Below, piece after piece: positions 47,308 to 56,495 of a stretch of 59,045 nt of DNA. Position 1 is the stretch's first letter, and each line of letters begins with the position of its first letter. This DNA is from a virus (Duplodnaviria; Caudoviricetes). The translations under genes and the position numbers were made by a program. The notes below the pieces were generated by a model. It was not told the DNA's origin, did no database searches, and saw only the letters and a list, made by a program, of their open reading frames with translations. The DNA is taken from positions 1 through 59,045 of IMG/VR virus record IMGVR_UViG_3300034196_000113; one strand, written 5' to 3'.

Positions 47308-47723
47308 CTGCGACCTTGCGAGTCGGTCTCGGAATCCTCGCCGCCCTGGGGGCCTGCTCCGGGTACGCTGCCAACGAAGCGATGGGCGTTCCCTGTTTTG
47401 TGGAGTGGGACTTTCCCCAGACCTACGAGCCAACCATCGACGGGTTCCGCGTCTATGTGGACGGCGCCGCCCGCGCAGAGGTAAAGCCGCACGAGCGCTC
47501 CGCACCCTGCGGGGTACTGATGGCTGGTCCCCATGCGTTTTGGGTCTCGGCATACCGAGTCGCCACCGAATGGTACAAGGAAGAGGCCCAATTCATCGTC
47601 CCTACCGCTCCGATCCAACCCAATCCGACCTGCGGCCCGGAGACTTGGCCGGATCGTACCTGCGGGCTATCCGACCCGCCCCAAGGCACCGTCTACGAAA
47701 ATGGGGCCGTCCCGCCGCCCTGA
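47304..47723 (+). CDS. Exported protein / putative lipoprotein with an FN3-like domain
   Basis: Signal peptide with LGAC lipobox-like motif; W......IDGFRVY...F.VSAY. Confidence 0.55.
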   Translation: MTATLRVGLGILAALGACSGYAANEAMGVPCFVEWDFPQTYEPTIDGFRVYVDGAARAEVKPHERSAPCGVLMAGPHAFWVSAYRVATEWYKEEAQFIVPTAPIQPNPTCGPETWPDRTCGLSDPPQGTVYENGAVPPP

Positions 47724-48328
47724 ACGAGCATGGCCCCGTAGTGGGTCATGTCGTCCAAATTCCCCGTGTAGTACCCGTGCCACCAGGCAATGCCGTAGCC
47801 CGCGGCCCCGACGATCTCCCCGAGTTTCTGCTGGCAGAATTCCAGGTAGTGGGCCCGCACTTTGTCGTTGCCCCACTGGGCCGCGGCTTTCTTGGTCGAG
47901 CCCACCTTCCAGGCGCCCTTGACGCGCGCGTTCTGCCTCAAGCCGTCGTTCACGGCGAGGACCATCCGCGGGGCGAGAAGGCGACGGGCTTTGAAGAACC
48001 CCTCAATGGTGGGCCAGGGCTCGCCGAAGGGATCAACGTCCAGGACTTCCACCGTGGAGGTCCGAAAGAGCCCCGCCCCGAGCATCGCTTCCGCCTTGCC
48101 CTCGTAGATCGCCCAGGTCGGGCGCTGGCGTGCCAGAAACTCGGCTTTGTCCGGGTCTTTCTCGATAGCGCCGCCCGGGAAGCCGCTATACAGCCGCTTC
48201 CAGATTTCCCCGCGTCCGCCATGCGTCTCCAGGACGAACGGCTTAGCGATTCCCAGCCGCTCCAGCAAGTTCCGCCGCAACGCGATCTTCTCCGCCCCGG
48301 TCGAGTTGACTTGCCGAATCACGGTCAT
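47693..48328 (-). CDS. SAM-dependent methyltransferase-like protein
   Basis: VLETHGGRG (motif I-like), IEKD, LDVDPFGEPW (DP[FY]G motif). Confidence 0.65.
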   Translation of the reverse strand: MTVIRQVNSTGAEKIALRRNLLERLGIAKPFVLETHGGRGEIWKRLYSGFPGGAIEKDPDKAEFLARQRPTWAIYEGKAEAMLGAGLFRTSTVEVLDVDPFGEPWPTIEGFFKARRLLAPRMVLAVNDGLRQNARVKGAWKVGSTKKAAAQWGNDKVRAHYLEFCQQKLGEIVGAAGYGIAWWHGYYTGNLDDMTHYGAMLVQGGGTAPFS

Positions 48329-49040
48329 TGGAATCGACTCCCTGCCATTGCAGATAGACGCGGGCAAGCTCCTGGATCGCCTCTGCCCGATTGATCTTGC
48401 CGGTTGCGGCAATCGCCCGCTCGACCAGCTCGGCCTCGTCGATCAGGTACACGGCTTTGATAACAACCTTGCGCTCGCTGAACGACTTTTGAACCGAGTC
48501 GAAGTTGGTCTTGTCGCGGCCCACGTATTGCGCGGCCAGTTCCAGGGCTTCGCGCGCCTGCGCCTCCAGGTCGTCGAACAGGCCGACCATCGCATCGCTG
48601 CCGGCGGGCCCGTCGTGGCGAATCTCGTTCAGGTTGCGCTGGACCGCGGAATAGTCCGCTTCCGATAGCGCCGTGAGGGCATCGTGCGAGGCCAGGGCGA
48701 TGCGCTCTTCGTCGTCGGTCAGCGTCAGGGGCTCGACCGGAACCTTCTCCCCCGCCGCCTTGGACAGCATCGTTCGCAGATGCCCGTCGATGATGAGGTC
48801 GTGCCGGCCGGTGCGCCGGCTCACCTTCACCCGATCCGTCCAACCCAGCTCGGAGAGCACGCCCCGCATGATCGCTCGCTGGTGCTCCGGGTGGATCCGC
48901 CAGTTATCCGGATGGGCCAGGAGCGTGTCCGGATCGACCCATTCGACCTTGCTCGGATCGGCGAACTTGGAGCGGAAAGCCCCGCGGGGGCCGGTGGATT
49001 GCGCCGCCGGAGGGCGCCGTTTGCTTGGTATGTCGCTCAT
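48243..49040 (-). CDS. ParB/Srx N-terminal domain protein
   Basis: HPDNWRIHP..Q...L.ELGW...IIDGHLR. Confidence 0.8.
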   Translation of the reverse strand: MSDIPSKRRPPAAQSTGPRGAFRSKFADPSKVEWVDPDTLLAHPDNWRIHPEHQRAIMRGVLSELGWTDRVKVSRRTGRHDLIIDGHLRTMLSKAAGEKVPVEPLTLTDDEERIALASHDALTALSEADYSAVQRNLNEIRHDGPAGSDAMVGLFDDLEAQAREALELAAQYVGRDKTNFDSVQKSFSERKVVIKAVYLIDEAELVERAIAATGKINRAEAIQELARVYLQWQGVDSNDRDSASQLDRGGEDRVAAELAGAAGNR

Positions 49041-49135
49041 GCGGTCATTGTAGCAGGGATTTTCCGGCGAATAGGTTGTTTCAAAAACCGTCGGATTTTA
49101 ATTATTGGAAAGACCCAAAAACGCGTGCGATATCA

Positions 49136-49165
49136 TTGACGCATGGGAAAATTTTACCGTACTAT
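49136..49165 (+). promoter_or_regulatory. Strong sigma70-like promoter
   Basis: TTGACG-18 bp-TACTAT with AT-rich upstream sequence. Confidence 0.75.
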
Positions 49166-49169
49166 TGAC

Positions 49170-49745
49170 ACTCGGGATTCCCCTGTACACCGGATGTATC
49201 GGACGCCCGAATCGCTCGGGATCGCCTATCTAAGGATAGGGACGCGATCCGACCGGATAACGCAACCTGCGACCGCTCACGCGATGCCAGGATGCTAAAC
49301 CGGACCCGTACCGCGCGGAATTGCGACCGGATCGGACCTTGCGCAGTGAGAGCAAGCGCAGGCAAAGAGACCGACTCGCAATGGCTCAAGGGGAAGCACG
49401 AGGCTTCCGGAGCAACGACTTTACCGCAGTGTCGCTCGATGGTCGGACATGACTTCCCACCCCATCGAGTTTCATTCGGACCCTGATAGCTTGGGGAAAG
49501 GACAAAAGCTAGACCGGCCTAACCCGCATCCTTGGGGCCTTAAACCGTAAATCGTAGGATGCAAGGGAGACACGCGAACCTATCGGTTCCTGGAGTCTCC
49601 CGCCCGCCCTTGGTGCTGCGCCGTAGCTTCACCGGGGAACGCGGGAGTAATCGGGTCTCCCTCTGAATGAAAGGCCCGATGCGAAACCCGATGGGTTTCG
49701 TTCTGCGTATTCGGTCGAATGCGCAGAATAAAGACCATCATTCCG
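49170..49745 (+). ncRNA. Candidate structured RNA / long 5' leader
   Basis: No convincing ORF; many inverted repeats, e.g. 49526/49556, 49565/49595, 49650/49672, 49682/49693, 49701/49716. Confidence 0.5.
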
Positions 49746-49761
49746 AGTTGCGAGATCATTC

Positions 49762-50784
49762 ATGGACAATTTGAGCAATTGCGTCACCACGGTCAAGCCT
49801 TCTTATGCCGCGATGTCGATAGAGTGCTTTTTGAGGGCGCGGACCCCCGTTTTTCTGTGGGGCCCCCCGGGTATTGGGAAATCGGACGTGGTCCGTCAGG
49901 TCGCCAAGCGCGCCGGCAGGACCGTGATCGACATTCGGGCCGTGCAGTTCGACCCGGTCGATCTGCGGGGCATTCCTGCCCGCGACAAGCGGGGCTATAC
50001 CGTCTGGTCGATCCCGGATCTGTTGCCGCGCGAAGACAGGGACGGCCCCGAGGGCATCCTGTTTCTGGACGAGCTGACTTCGGCCTCGCTGTCCATGCAG
50101 GCAGCGTGCTACCAGCTCGTACTGGATCGCAAGCTCGGGGATTACGTCCTGCCCGACGGCTGGGACATTATCGGCGCCGGGAACCGGGAGACCGACCGGG
50201 GCGTGACGATTCGGATGCCCACCCCGCTGGCGAATCGGTTCGGTCACCTGGACGTGGCGACCGATTTGAAGGACTGGTGCCGCTGGGCGAATAAGAAGGG
50301 CATCGAGCCCGAGATTATCGCGTTCCTGCGCTTCCGGCCGGAGCTTCTGCACGCGTTCGACCCCCGCTCCGGCGAGAAGGCGTTTCCGACGCCCCGGTCT
50401 TGGGAAATGACCAGTCGGACCTTCGCCGCCGATGTCCCGCTGGCCGTGCAGATGCCCGTCTATGCCGGGCTGGTCGGACAGGCCGCGGCTATCGAACTGA
50501 CCGGGTTCCTGCGGATCTGGGCAACCCTGCCGTCGATTGACGGCATCTTGATGAATCCCCAGACCGCGCCGGTCCCGACCGAAAGCTCGGCCCTGTTCGC
50601 CGTCACTGCCGCGCTTGCCAAGCGGGCCGACGATGCGAACTTCCCCCGGGTGTGGACCTATGCGAAGCGCCTGCCCCCCGAGTACACCGTTCTTCTTATG
50701 AGCGATGCCACCCGACGCAATTCGGCGTTGGAGCAAACCAAATCGTTCGTCGAGTTCGGTAGCGAATACGCGGACGTGCTATGA
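49762..50784 (+). CDS. MoxR-like AAA+ ATPase
   Basis: GPPGIGKS Walker A, LFLDE Walker B, AGNR, LANRF, FPTPRSW. Confidence 0.9.
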   Translation: MDNLSNCVTTVKPSYAAMSIECFLRARTPVFLWGPPGIGKSDVVRQVAKRAGRTVIDIRAVQFDPVDLRGIPARDKRGYTVWSIPDLLPREDRDGPEGILFLDELTSASLSMQAACYQLVLDRKLGDYVLPDGWDIIGAGNRETDRGVTIRMPTPLANRFGHLDVATDLKDWCRWANKKGIEPEIIAFLRFRPELLHAFDPRSGEKAFPTPRSWEMTSRTFAADVPLAVQMPVYAGLVGQAAAIELTGFLRIWATLPSIDGILMNPQTAPVPTESSALFAVTAALAKRADDANFPRVWTYAKRLPPEYTVLLMSDATRRNSALEQTKSFVEFGSEYADVL

Positions 50785-50999
50785 ATTACAACACCGTTAT
50801 CGGCTCGGCAAAGGCGATTGTCGACGGCAAAGAGACCTATCTGTCTCGGTGTACGCCGATTGACCCGTTGCCGCAGTGCGAGCACTGCATTCGGCAAGAC
50901 GTGCGCTTACCTCCCCTGCTGGAGTACAGCGCTGCGAAATGTTGGGGTGTGGGGCCGTGCTTATTCATAACCGGCGAGAACATCAAACGCAGTAAGTAG
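50781..50999 (+). CDS. Small Cys-rich hypothetical protein
   Basis: 72 aa, ATGA-coupled, CEHC motif. Confidence 0.5.
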   Translation: MNYNTVIGSAKAIVDGKETYLSRCTPIDPLPQCEHCIRQDVRLPPLLEYSAAKCWGVGPCLFITGENIKRSK

Positions 51000-51070
51000 G
51001 AACCTTGACCAGAGCCCCGGACGCCGGGGCTCGCGCCAGGGCTCTTTCCTGGATTAAGCGAGAACCGACC

Positions 51071-52051
51071 ATGAGCGACAAACAGTTCGCAATTCCCGAT
51101 CTGACCGAAAAGGCCGTGATCGTTCGACACACCGTGACGGGCAAAGGCTACGGGAGTAGCCGCAAGGATAAGGATCTGTCCGAACAGATCGCCAAGGATA
51201 ACGGCGCCCAGGACAAATCGGTCAGGGCATCGAAGATCCTGATTAACCCCAGCTTCACACAAAAGCTGAGCGATGTGGCAACCAAGTCCTACCAGCGCAA
51301 CATCGTTCAGACGTTGCCTTGGAACGATAAGGGCTACCGCATCCTCCCGACGACCAATTATTGGGAGTACATGAGGGAGCAAGGCGCCTTCCGGGAGCAA
51401 TTCAGGGACGCGGTTGCGGATTTTTCCCAGCAATACCCGAACGCGATTGAAGAAGCGCGCGGCAGACTCGGGCGCCTGTTCAAACTCAGCGACTACCCGG
51501 AGATCAACAAGCTCTTCGAGCGGCACCCCAAGACCGGACAGTTCAAGCGCTTCTGCATCGGACATCCGGAGTTCGGGATCGACGTTCAGCCGCTTCCGAC
51601 CGGCGACGATATCCGCATCCAGATTCACGGCGAGGAAGTGAGCCGGATTCAGGCCGCAATCAAGGCCAGATTGCAGACCACGATTAACGTGGCTGTGCGG
51701 GATCTGTGGGCCCGGCTGCGCGACCCCATCGAGAATCTGGTGGAGCGATTGGACCGCTACGAGGTTGCCGACCGCAAGAGTTTCCAATCCGCGTGGGTCG
51801 AGCACATCAAGGACATCGTTGAATTGATCCCCCGGCTGAACCTGACGGGCGATCCGGAGATCGAGAACATCGCGGCAGAGGCGCGGCACTTCCTGTGTCG
51901 CTGGAATTCGGATCAGCTCAAAACGTCCAAGCCCACCCGGCAACTGGTGCGCGCCGCCGCGAGCGATATCCTCGCCAAGATGAGCGTCTACTGCGGCACG
52001 GTGGACGATGACGACGATGAAGACGATCTGGAGTTGGAGGAAGCGGCATGA
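51071..52051 (+). CDS. DUF3150-like helical protein (MoxR/vWA cluster partner)
   Basis: TLPW.DKG.RILP, F...DYP, LNLTGDP. Confidence 0.65.
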   Translation: MSDKQFAIPDLTEKAVIVRHTVTGKGYGSSRKDKDLSEQIAKDNGAQDKSVRASKILINPSFTQKLSDVATKSYQRNIVQTLPWNDKGYRILPTTNYWEYMREQGAFREQFRDAVADFSQQYPNAIEEARGRLGRLFKLSDYPEINKLFERHPKTGQFKRFCIGHPEFGIDVQPLPTGDDIRIQIHGEEVSRIQAAIKARLQTTINVAVRDLWARLRDPIENLVERLDRYEVADRKSFQSAWVEHIKDIVELIPRLNLTGDPEIENIAAEARHFLCRWNSDQLKTSKPTRQLVRAAASDILAKMSVYCGTVDDDDDEDDLELEEAA

Positions 52052-52263
52052 GCATCGCGTATTGTTGCCCGACATGCGGTGGATCGGTATTCAGCGTGTG
52101 CGTAACGCAGATCGCCACCGTCGAGTTTACGGAAGACGGAGAGCACGAGGTATCGGATGTGCGCGGCGACGTGTATTGGGACGATAACACGCCGGTAACG
52201 TGCGATGGGTGCGGCGAGCACGATATCTTAAAACTCTTCAAGGCATTGGAGGAAGCGGCATGA
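52048..52263 (+). CDS. Small zinc-ribbon protein
   Basis: CPTCG...CDGCG. Confidence 0.7.
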   Translation: MSIAYCCPTCGGSVFSVCVTQIATVEFTEDGEHEVSDVRGDVYWDDNTPVTCDGCGEHDILKLFKALEEAA

Positions 52264-52502
52264 GCAACGAATACTTGTTCACCGTCATAGCCCATGTGAC
52301 CGTTGACGCCGATAGCGAAGAGGCGGCGCGAGAAGCAATGTGGAATTCCTGCCTGTATCAGGAAGAAGACGTTGACTATAACGGCATCGAAGTCTACGTC
52401 AACGCGCAGGACGCAATAGACGGCTCGCTGATCGAGATATACGACCCGGAAACCAAGGTCCGTACCGATATTGCCGTTAAGCAAATGGAGGAAGCGGCAT
52501 GA
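52260..52502 (+). CDS. Small acidic hypothetical protein
   Basis: Start MSNEYLF with GGAGG RBS; V.ADSEEAA.E. Confidence 0.7.
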   Translation: MSNEYLFTVIAHVTVDADSEEAAREAMWNSCLYQEEDVDYNGIEVYVNAQDAIDGSLIEIYDPETKVRTDIAVKQMEEAA

Positions 52503-52759
52503 CCGACGAACCCCAAGCCCAACAGACCCCGGAGTTCATCTTTCGTCAGGAGGTCTTGCGGCGCATCGACCTTCTGAACGAACGGGCATTCACGTTGAAG
52601 CTGTCCCTTATGCGGGAAATGCGGGAAACGCAAAACCTGTCGGCGACCGGCTTCGTCCACGATGCCCAGCGCCGGTTCCACGAAGTGGAATGTCCCCTAA
52701 TGTCCGAGCAATCCCAGCTCCACCGTGAGCTGGCCGCTTTGGAATCCCTGATCGCCTAA
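52499..52759 (+). CDS. Hypothetical protein
   Basis: 86 aa, GGAGG RBS, ATGA overlap. Confidence 0.65.
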   Translation: MTDEPQAQQTPEFIFRQEVLRRIDLLNERAFTLKLSLMREMRETQNLSATGFVHDAQRRFHEVECPLMSEQSQLHRELAALESLIA

Positions 52760-52838
52760 GTCTCCACCCGCCTGCCCCGTTTCGAGGAACGGGGCTTTCG
52801 AGTGCGGTCTTTCCGACCACACGCTACAGGAGACCCCC

Positions 52839-53246
52839 ATGTCGGCTTTTCTCTGCTCGCCGCAGCATATTGCTGCAATCGTTTGCTTCGGCCCGATTAC
52901 CGACGACTACGGCCACTATTCCGTTGGCCCCTTGCCCGAGGAAGTCGCCGAACTGTTGGCCCGCGAAAACGTAAAGAGCGTGGACTATCGCTATCCGCGC
53001 GATATCGACGAGCAAGTCAACGAGGTATTCGTTAAAGAGTGCATCGCCGCGGCAAAGATACTCAACAAGAAAAGACCGAACGTCTATACCGCGGTGCAGG
53101 TTATCAAACTCTGCAATTCGCTGGACTACCAGTCTTGCGAGCATCCCGGCTGGGAAGCGTCGAATGCGAAGGAGACGCTTGACGCCATAGTCGCTATCGC
53201 AATCAGGAACCTGCCCGGTTACGAAGCCGCCGAGTGGAGCATTTAG
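52839..53246 (+). CDS. Conserved hypothetical mobile-element protein
   Basis: MSAF.C...HI...EN..SV.YRY...LDYQSCEH..W; AGGAG RBS. Confidence 0.7.
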   Translation: MSAFLCSPQHIAAIVCFGPITDDYGHYSVGPLPEEVAELLARENVKSVDYRYPRDIDEQVNEVFVKECIAAAKILNKKRPNVYTAVQVIKLCNSLDYQSCEHPGWEASNAKETLDAIVAIAIRNLPGYEAAEWSI

Positions 53247-53248
53247 CA

Positions 53249-54742
53249 ATGAAGTCCGACGAACCGAGTAGGTCTCTGAACAGGATGGAGATCGCGCGCA
53301 TCGCGATGGTCCTGGAAGCGCCGTTTTTCGGGGCGCTTGCACTCAAGCTGAAACTGACCGAAGCCCCGTGGCTTCCGTATGCGATGGCCGTTGACGGAGT
53401 GCATCTGTACTATCACAAAGATCGCATTTTAGCGATTAACATGGGCCAGCTAAAAGGAATGATCTGCCATGAGACGCTGCATGTGGCCTTGGGCCACCCG
53501 TGGCGCGCGAAGGGCCGCGATCCCGACCGGTGGAATGTGGCGGCTGACTATGTGATTAACCCGATGGTGATATCGGCCGGCATGGAGTTGGCCGACGGGA
53601 TGCTCTTCGCGCCCGAATTCGACGGGCTTCCGTCGGAAACCGTCTATGCTCGGCTGGGGAAGAAGGACGGCGACCCGAACGCATCGGCGCCCCCCGAGGA
53701 AGAGCAGGGCGAAGAAGGGGAGGAACAAGGCGATGGCCAGGGAGAAGGCGAAGGGGAAGAGGAAGGCGAGGGAGAGCAGGAAGGGGAGCAGGAGGGCGAG
53801 GGAGAAGGGGACGGCGAGGGAGAGGGAGAGGGCGACGGAGACGCCGACCTGGAAAGCCAAGGAGAGGGCTCGGGCGAGGGAGAGGGCGGGGGAGAAGGGG
53901 ACGGTCAGGGAGACGGGGACGGGGACGGTGGAGAGGGAGAGGGAGAGGGCCAGGGAGACAGCCAGGGCGACGGACATGCGCCCTCCCCTACCGCGACCAC
54001 GCCCGACGGTCGCCCGCTACCCAGCCCGGAAGCGGCCGGGTCCGGGGCCGTCCTGGAGCCCCCTCCGGACGAGAACGGCAACCCCCAGAGCGATTCCGAC
54101 GCAACCGAACAGGAAGCGGAATGGAAGATGGCGGTTGCCCAAGCCGCCCAGCTCGCCCGCGCCGCCGGCAAGCTGCCCGGTTTCATGGAAGAGATCCTGA
54201 AAGACGATCTGGCCCCAAAGGCACCTTGGCAACAACTGTTGCGCCAGTACATGAACAGCTATGCCAAGGACGACTATACGTGGCAGAAACCCAACAGGCG
54301 CCATGTGGCGAACGGGCTATACCTGCCGAGCATCCGATCCGAAACGGTCGGGACCATCGCGCTCTTTTTCGACACGTCGGGATCGATCGATAGCGTCATG
54401 CTCGCCCAGTTCGTGGCCGAAGTGAATTCGATCCTCGAGGACATCAAGCCCGAACGACTCCTGTTGATCCAGGTAGACACCCAGGTCAACGAGGTCCAGG
54501 ACTTGTCCTACGACGATTTGCCCTTCGAGTTCACGGCCAAGGGCCGCGGGGGTACGTACTTCCAACCGGCATTCGACTGGATCGAAGAGCAGGAGATCGA
54601 ACCGGTGTGCGCGGTGTACCTCACCGACATGGCGCCGGGCGACGTTCCCCGAGATCCGGGGTATCCGGTGCTGTGGGTGGACTTCGCCGCCTACGATTGG
54701 CTTCCCGACATGCCGTTCGGCGAACGGATCTACATTCAATAG
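53249..54742 (+). CDS. Metallopeptidase-vWA protein (DUF2201-like)
   Basis: HETLH, WN.A.D..IN, long G/E/D linker at ~53700-53975, DTSGS MIDAS, GRGGT.F, YLTD. Confidence 0.88.
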   Translation: MKSDEPSRSLNRMEIARIAMVLEAPFFGALALKLKLTEAPWLPYAMAVDGVHLYYHKDRILAINMGQLKGMICHETLHVALGHPWRAKGRDPDRWNVAADYVINPMVISAGMELADGMLFAPEFDGLPSETVYARLGKKDGDPNASAPPEEEQGEEGEEQGDGQGEGEGEEEGEGEQEGEQEGEGEGDGEGEGEGDGDADLESQGEGSGEGEGGGEGDGQGDGDGDGGEGEGEGQGDSQGDGHAPSPTATTPDGRPLPSPEAAGSGAVLEPPPDENGNPQSDSDATEQEAEWKMAVAQAAQLARAAGKLPGFMEEILKDDLAPKAPWQQLLRQYMNSYAKDDYTWQKPNRRHVANGLYLPSIRSETVGTIALFFDTSGSIDSVMLAQFVAEVNSILEDIKPERLLLIQVDTQVNEVQDLSYDDLPFEFTAKGRGGTYFQPAFDWIEEQEIEPVCAVYLTDMAPGDVPRDPGYPVLWVDFAAYDWLPDMPFGERIYIQ

Positions 54743-54817
54743 AACGCAACTACGGCGCCCCGCGGGGTGCCGACTGGTGCGCTCTTTCGCGCATCGCGAG
54801 TAAAGCGAGACAAAAAG

Positions 54818-55849
54818 ATGAAAGTAAAAATCTGCCGCTCTTCCGGGTATTTGAGGGAGAAAACCATCGAGACAGGGCAAAACCAGCCGCGCACCGTAGA
54901 GGTCGAGGTCTCCCCCTCGTTGCTGAGCGAAGAGGCCCGGCGAATCGTTGTCGATCATAATTCCGGGATCTTCCCGTCAACCATTGACGACATCCAGGAG
55001 CGGCATAGCGGTCACTTCTTTTCGCACAACTTCGAGTCGGATGTCGAGTTGGAGGATATCGGCCACGGGCTTATCGAAGAACTGATCGTCAAGGCGTTCG
55101 CTTCGGTCAACGCCGAGGTTGAAGAGATGAAAGCCAAGACGGCTATGTTGGCGCAGGAAGAGCAGGCGCGCAAAGAAGCCGGGGACGCCGCATTCGCGGA
55201 GCGAGCCGCCGCGTTCTTGGCCGATCCGACCGCACTCGTTTTTTCGGTGAAGTTTTTCGAGAAACACCCGATGGCGGACGCGGTTCTTGAAGAGCAAAAG
55301 CGCCGCAAGGAAGCCCACGAAACGGAACAGACCGAACGGCGCAAACTTCAGAACGTCGCATGGCTTTCCGAGTATGGCACCCAGAGCCAGCGGGAGCGCT
55401 ACGCCCGCGGCCTGCTGGACGAGCAAGAGATTGTCGACGGTCTTACCGAAATCGAGTTTTCACGATTCGACGATGGGATCGAGCGCTTCGTCCGGTTGAA
55501 AAAGGCCGATCTTTCGAGGGCAATCGACTCCGGTTATGACGACGATACCACCGAAACCGAGTGCTCTTACAAGCGCCGGGACTTCGAGAACGAAGACCCG
55601 CTTCCGGCATCGGTCTTCGATGCCTTGGCGAAGATCGAAGATCGCGCGGAAGATTGCAACGTGGACATCGAGCTTCACCAGACCGCGGTTTATTGGAGCA
55701 CCTCCGATTGGCCGGAGTTGCGCCGCTGGAAGGTCGTCGCAAGGAAGATCGTCGGGATCTACACCTTGAAGCGGGAATACATGCTGCCCGGAGTCGAAGA
55801 CTGGGTTGCCATGACTTCGGCTTCGACAGCGACCAAGCCCAACGCCTAA
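54818..55849 (+). CDS. Hypothetical protein
   Basis: 343-aa acidic ORF, start MKVKIC. Confidence 0.65.
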   Translation: MKVKICRSSGYLREKTIETGQNQPRTVEVEVSPSLLSEEARRIVVDHNSGIFPSTIDDIQERHSGHFFSHNFESDVELEDIGHGLIEELIVKAFASVNAEVEEMKAKTAMLAQEEQARKEAGDAAFAERAAAFLADPTALVFSVKFFEKHPMADAVLEEQKRRKEAHETEQTERRKLQNVAWLSEYGTQSQRERYARGLLDEQEIVDGLTEIEFSRFDDGIERFVRLKKADLSRAIDSGYDDDTTETECSYKRRDFENEDPLPASVFDALAKIEDRAEDCNVDIELHQTAVYWSTSDWPELRRWKVVARKIVGIYTLKREYMLPGVEDWVAMTSASTATKPNA

Positions 55850-55936
55850 CTCATAGCCTGTAGCCGGCTGCCCCCTTGAGAGAGGGGGCTTCCGGGTGCG
55901 CGCTTCTGCGCATCGCCAAAGAGCGAGACGCAACTA

Positions 55937-56479
55937 ATGAATCACTCGGATAGCTGCAAGCGGTTCACGGAGGAATACCGGCAAACGGTTACGACGTTCA
56001 CTCTCCAGCATCCCGACCATTGCGGCGCGTGCGGCGGATGGGGAATGGTCACTACCACTGGATGCTCAGTCCCCTACGGGAGCACCAACGTCAACCTGCC
56101 CGACGATACCGACCCCTGCCCGGCCTGCGTCGAGCAAGGCCGCTGCCCGTGGTGCTGGAAAGAGTCGCTAAGCCAGGACGATACCCTGTGCCTGGAGTGC
56201 GGATGGGAAGACGGCAAGAGCGAAGGATTGCCCGAGCCCTACGAGTGCGAGTGCTGGGACGACCTGGAGATAAACCCCAGCCGGATGCTCATCAAGTCGA
56301 TCACCATCAGGGTACACATCGACGAACCCAAGGGCCCGGAGGGAATGGTTATCGAGCTTGACCCGATCTTCGATCAAATCGACTTTTCCAACGAAGTCGA
56401 AAAAGCAATGCGGGCCATCGTCGAAAAGAACGCGTTGCTCAAAGAGCTGAACGTCAGCATCAGCTATTACGACAACTAA
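55937..56479 (+). CDS. Cys-rich (zinc-finger) hypothetical protein
   Basis: CGACGGWG, CPAC, CPWC, CLEC. Confidence 0.65.
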   Translation: MNHSDSCKRFTEEYRQTVTTFTLQHPDHCGACGGWGMVTTTGCSVPYGSTNVNLPDDTDPCPACVEQGRCPWCWKESLSQDDTLCLECGWEDGKSEGLPEPYECECWDDLEINPSRMLIKSITIRVHIDEPKGPEGMVIELDPIFDQIDFSNEVEKAMRAIVEKNALLKELNVSISYYDN

Positions 56480-56495
56480 CGGTAGGAGATTTTTC

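Noticed and set aside
49143-49158. Self-target of the guide at 8517 (ggtaaaatg/ttggtaaag) in the promoter spacer
   Set aside because: Reaches 14/16 only if both spacers are trimmed by one base, which is within chance expectation
49650-49700. Hammerhead ribozyme (GUC ... CUGAAUGA ... GAAA)
   Set aside because: Stem I and stem II cannot form, and two simple hairpins explain the complementarity better
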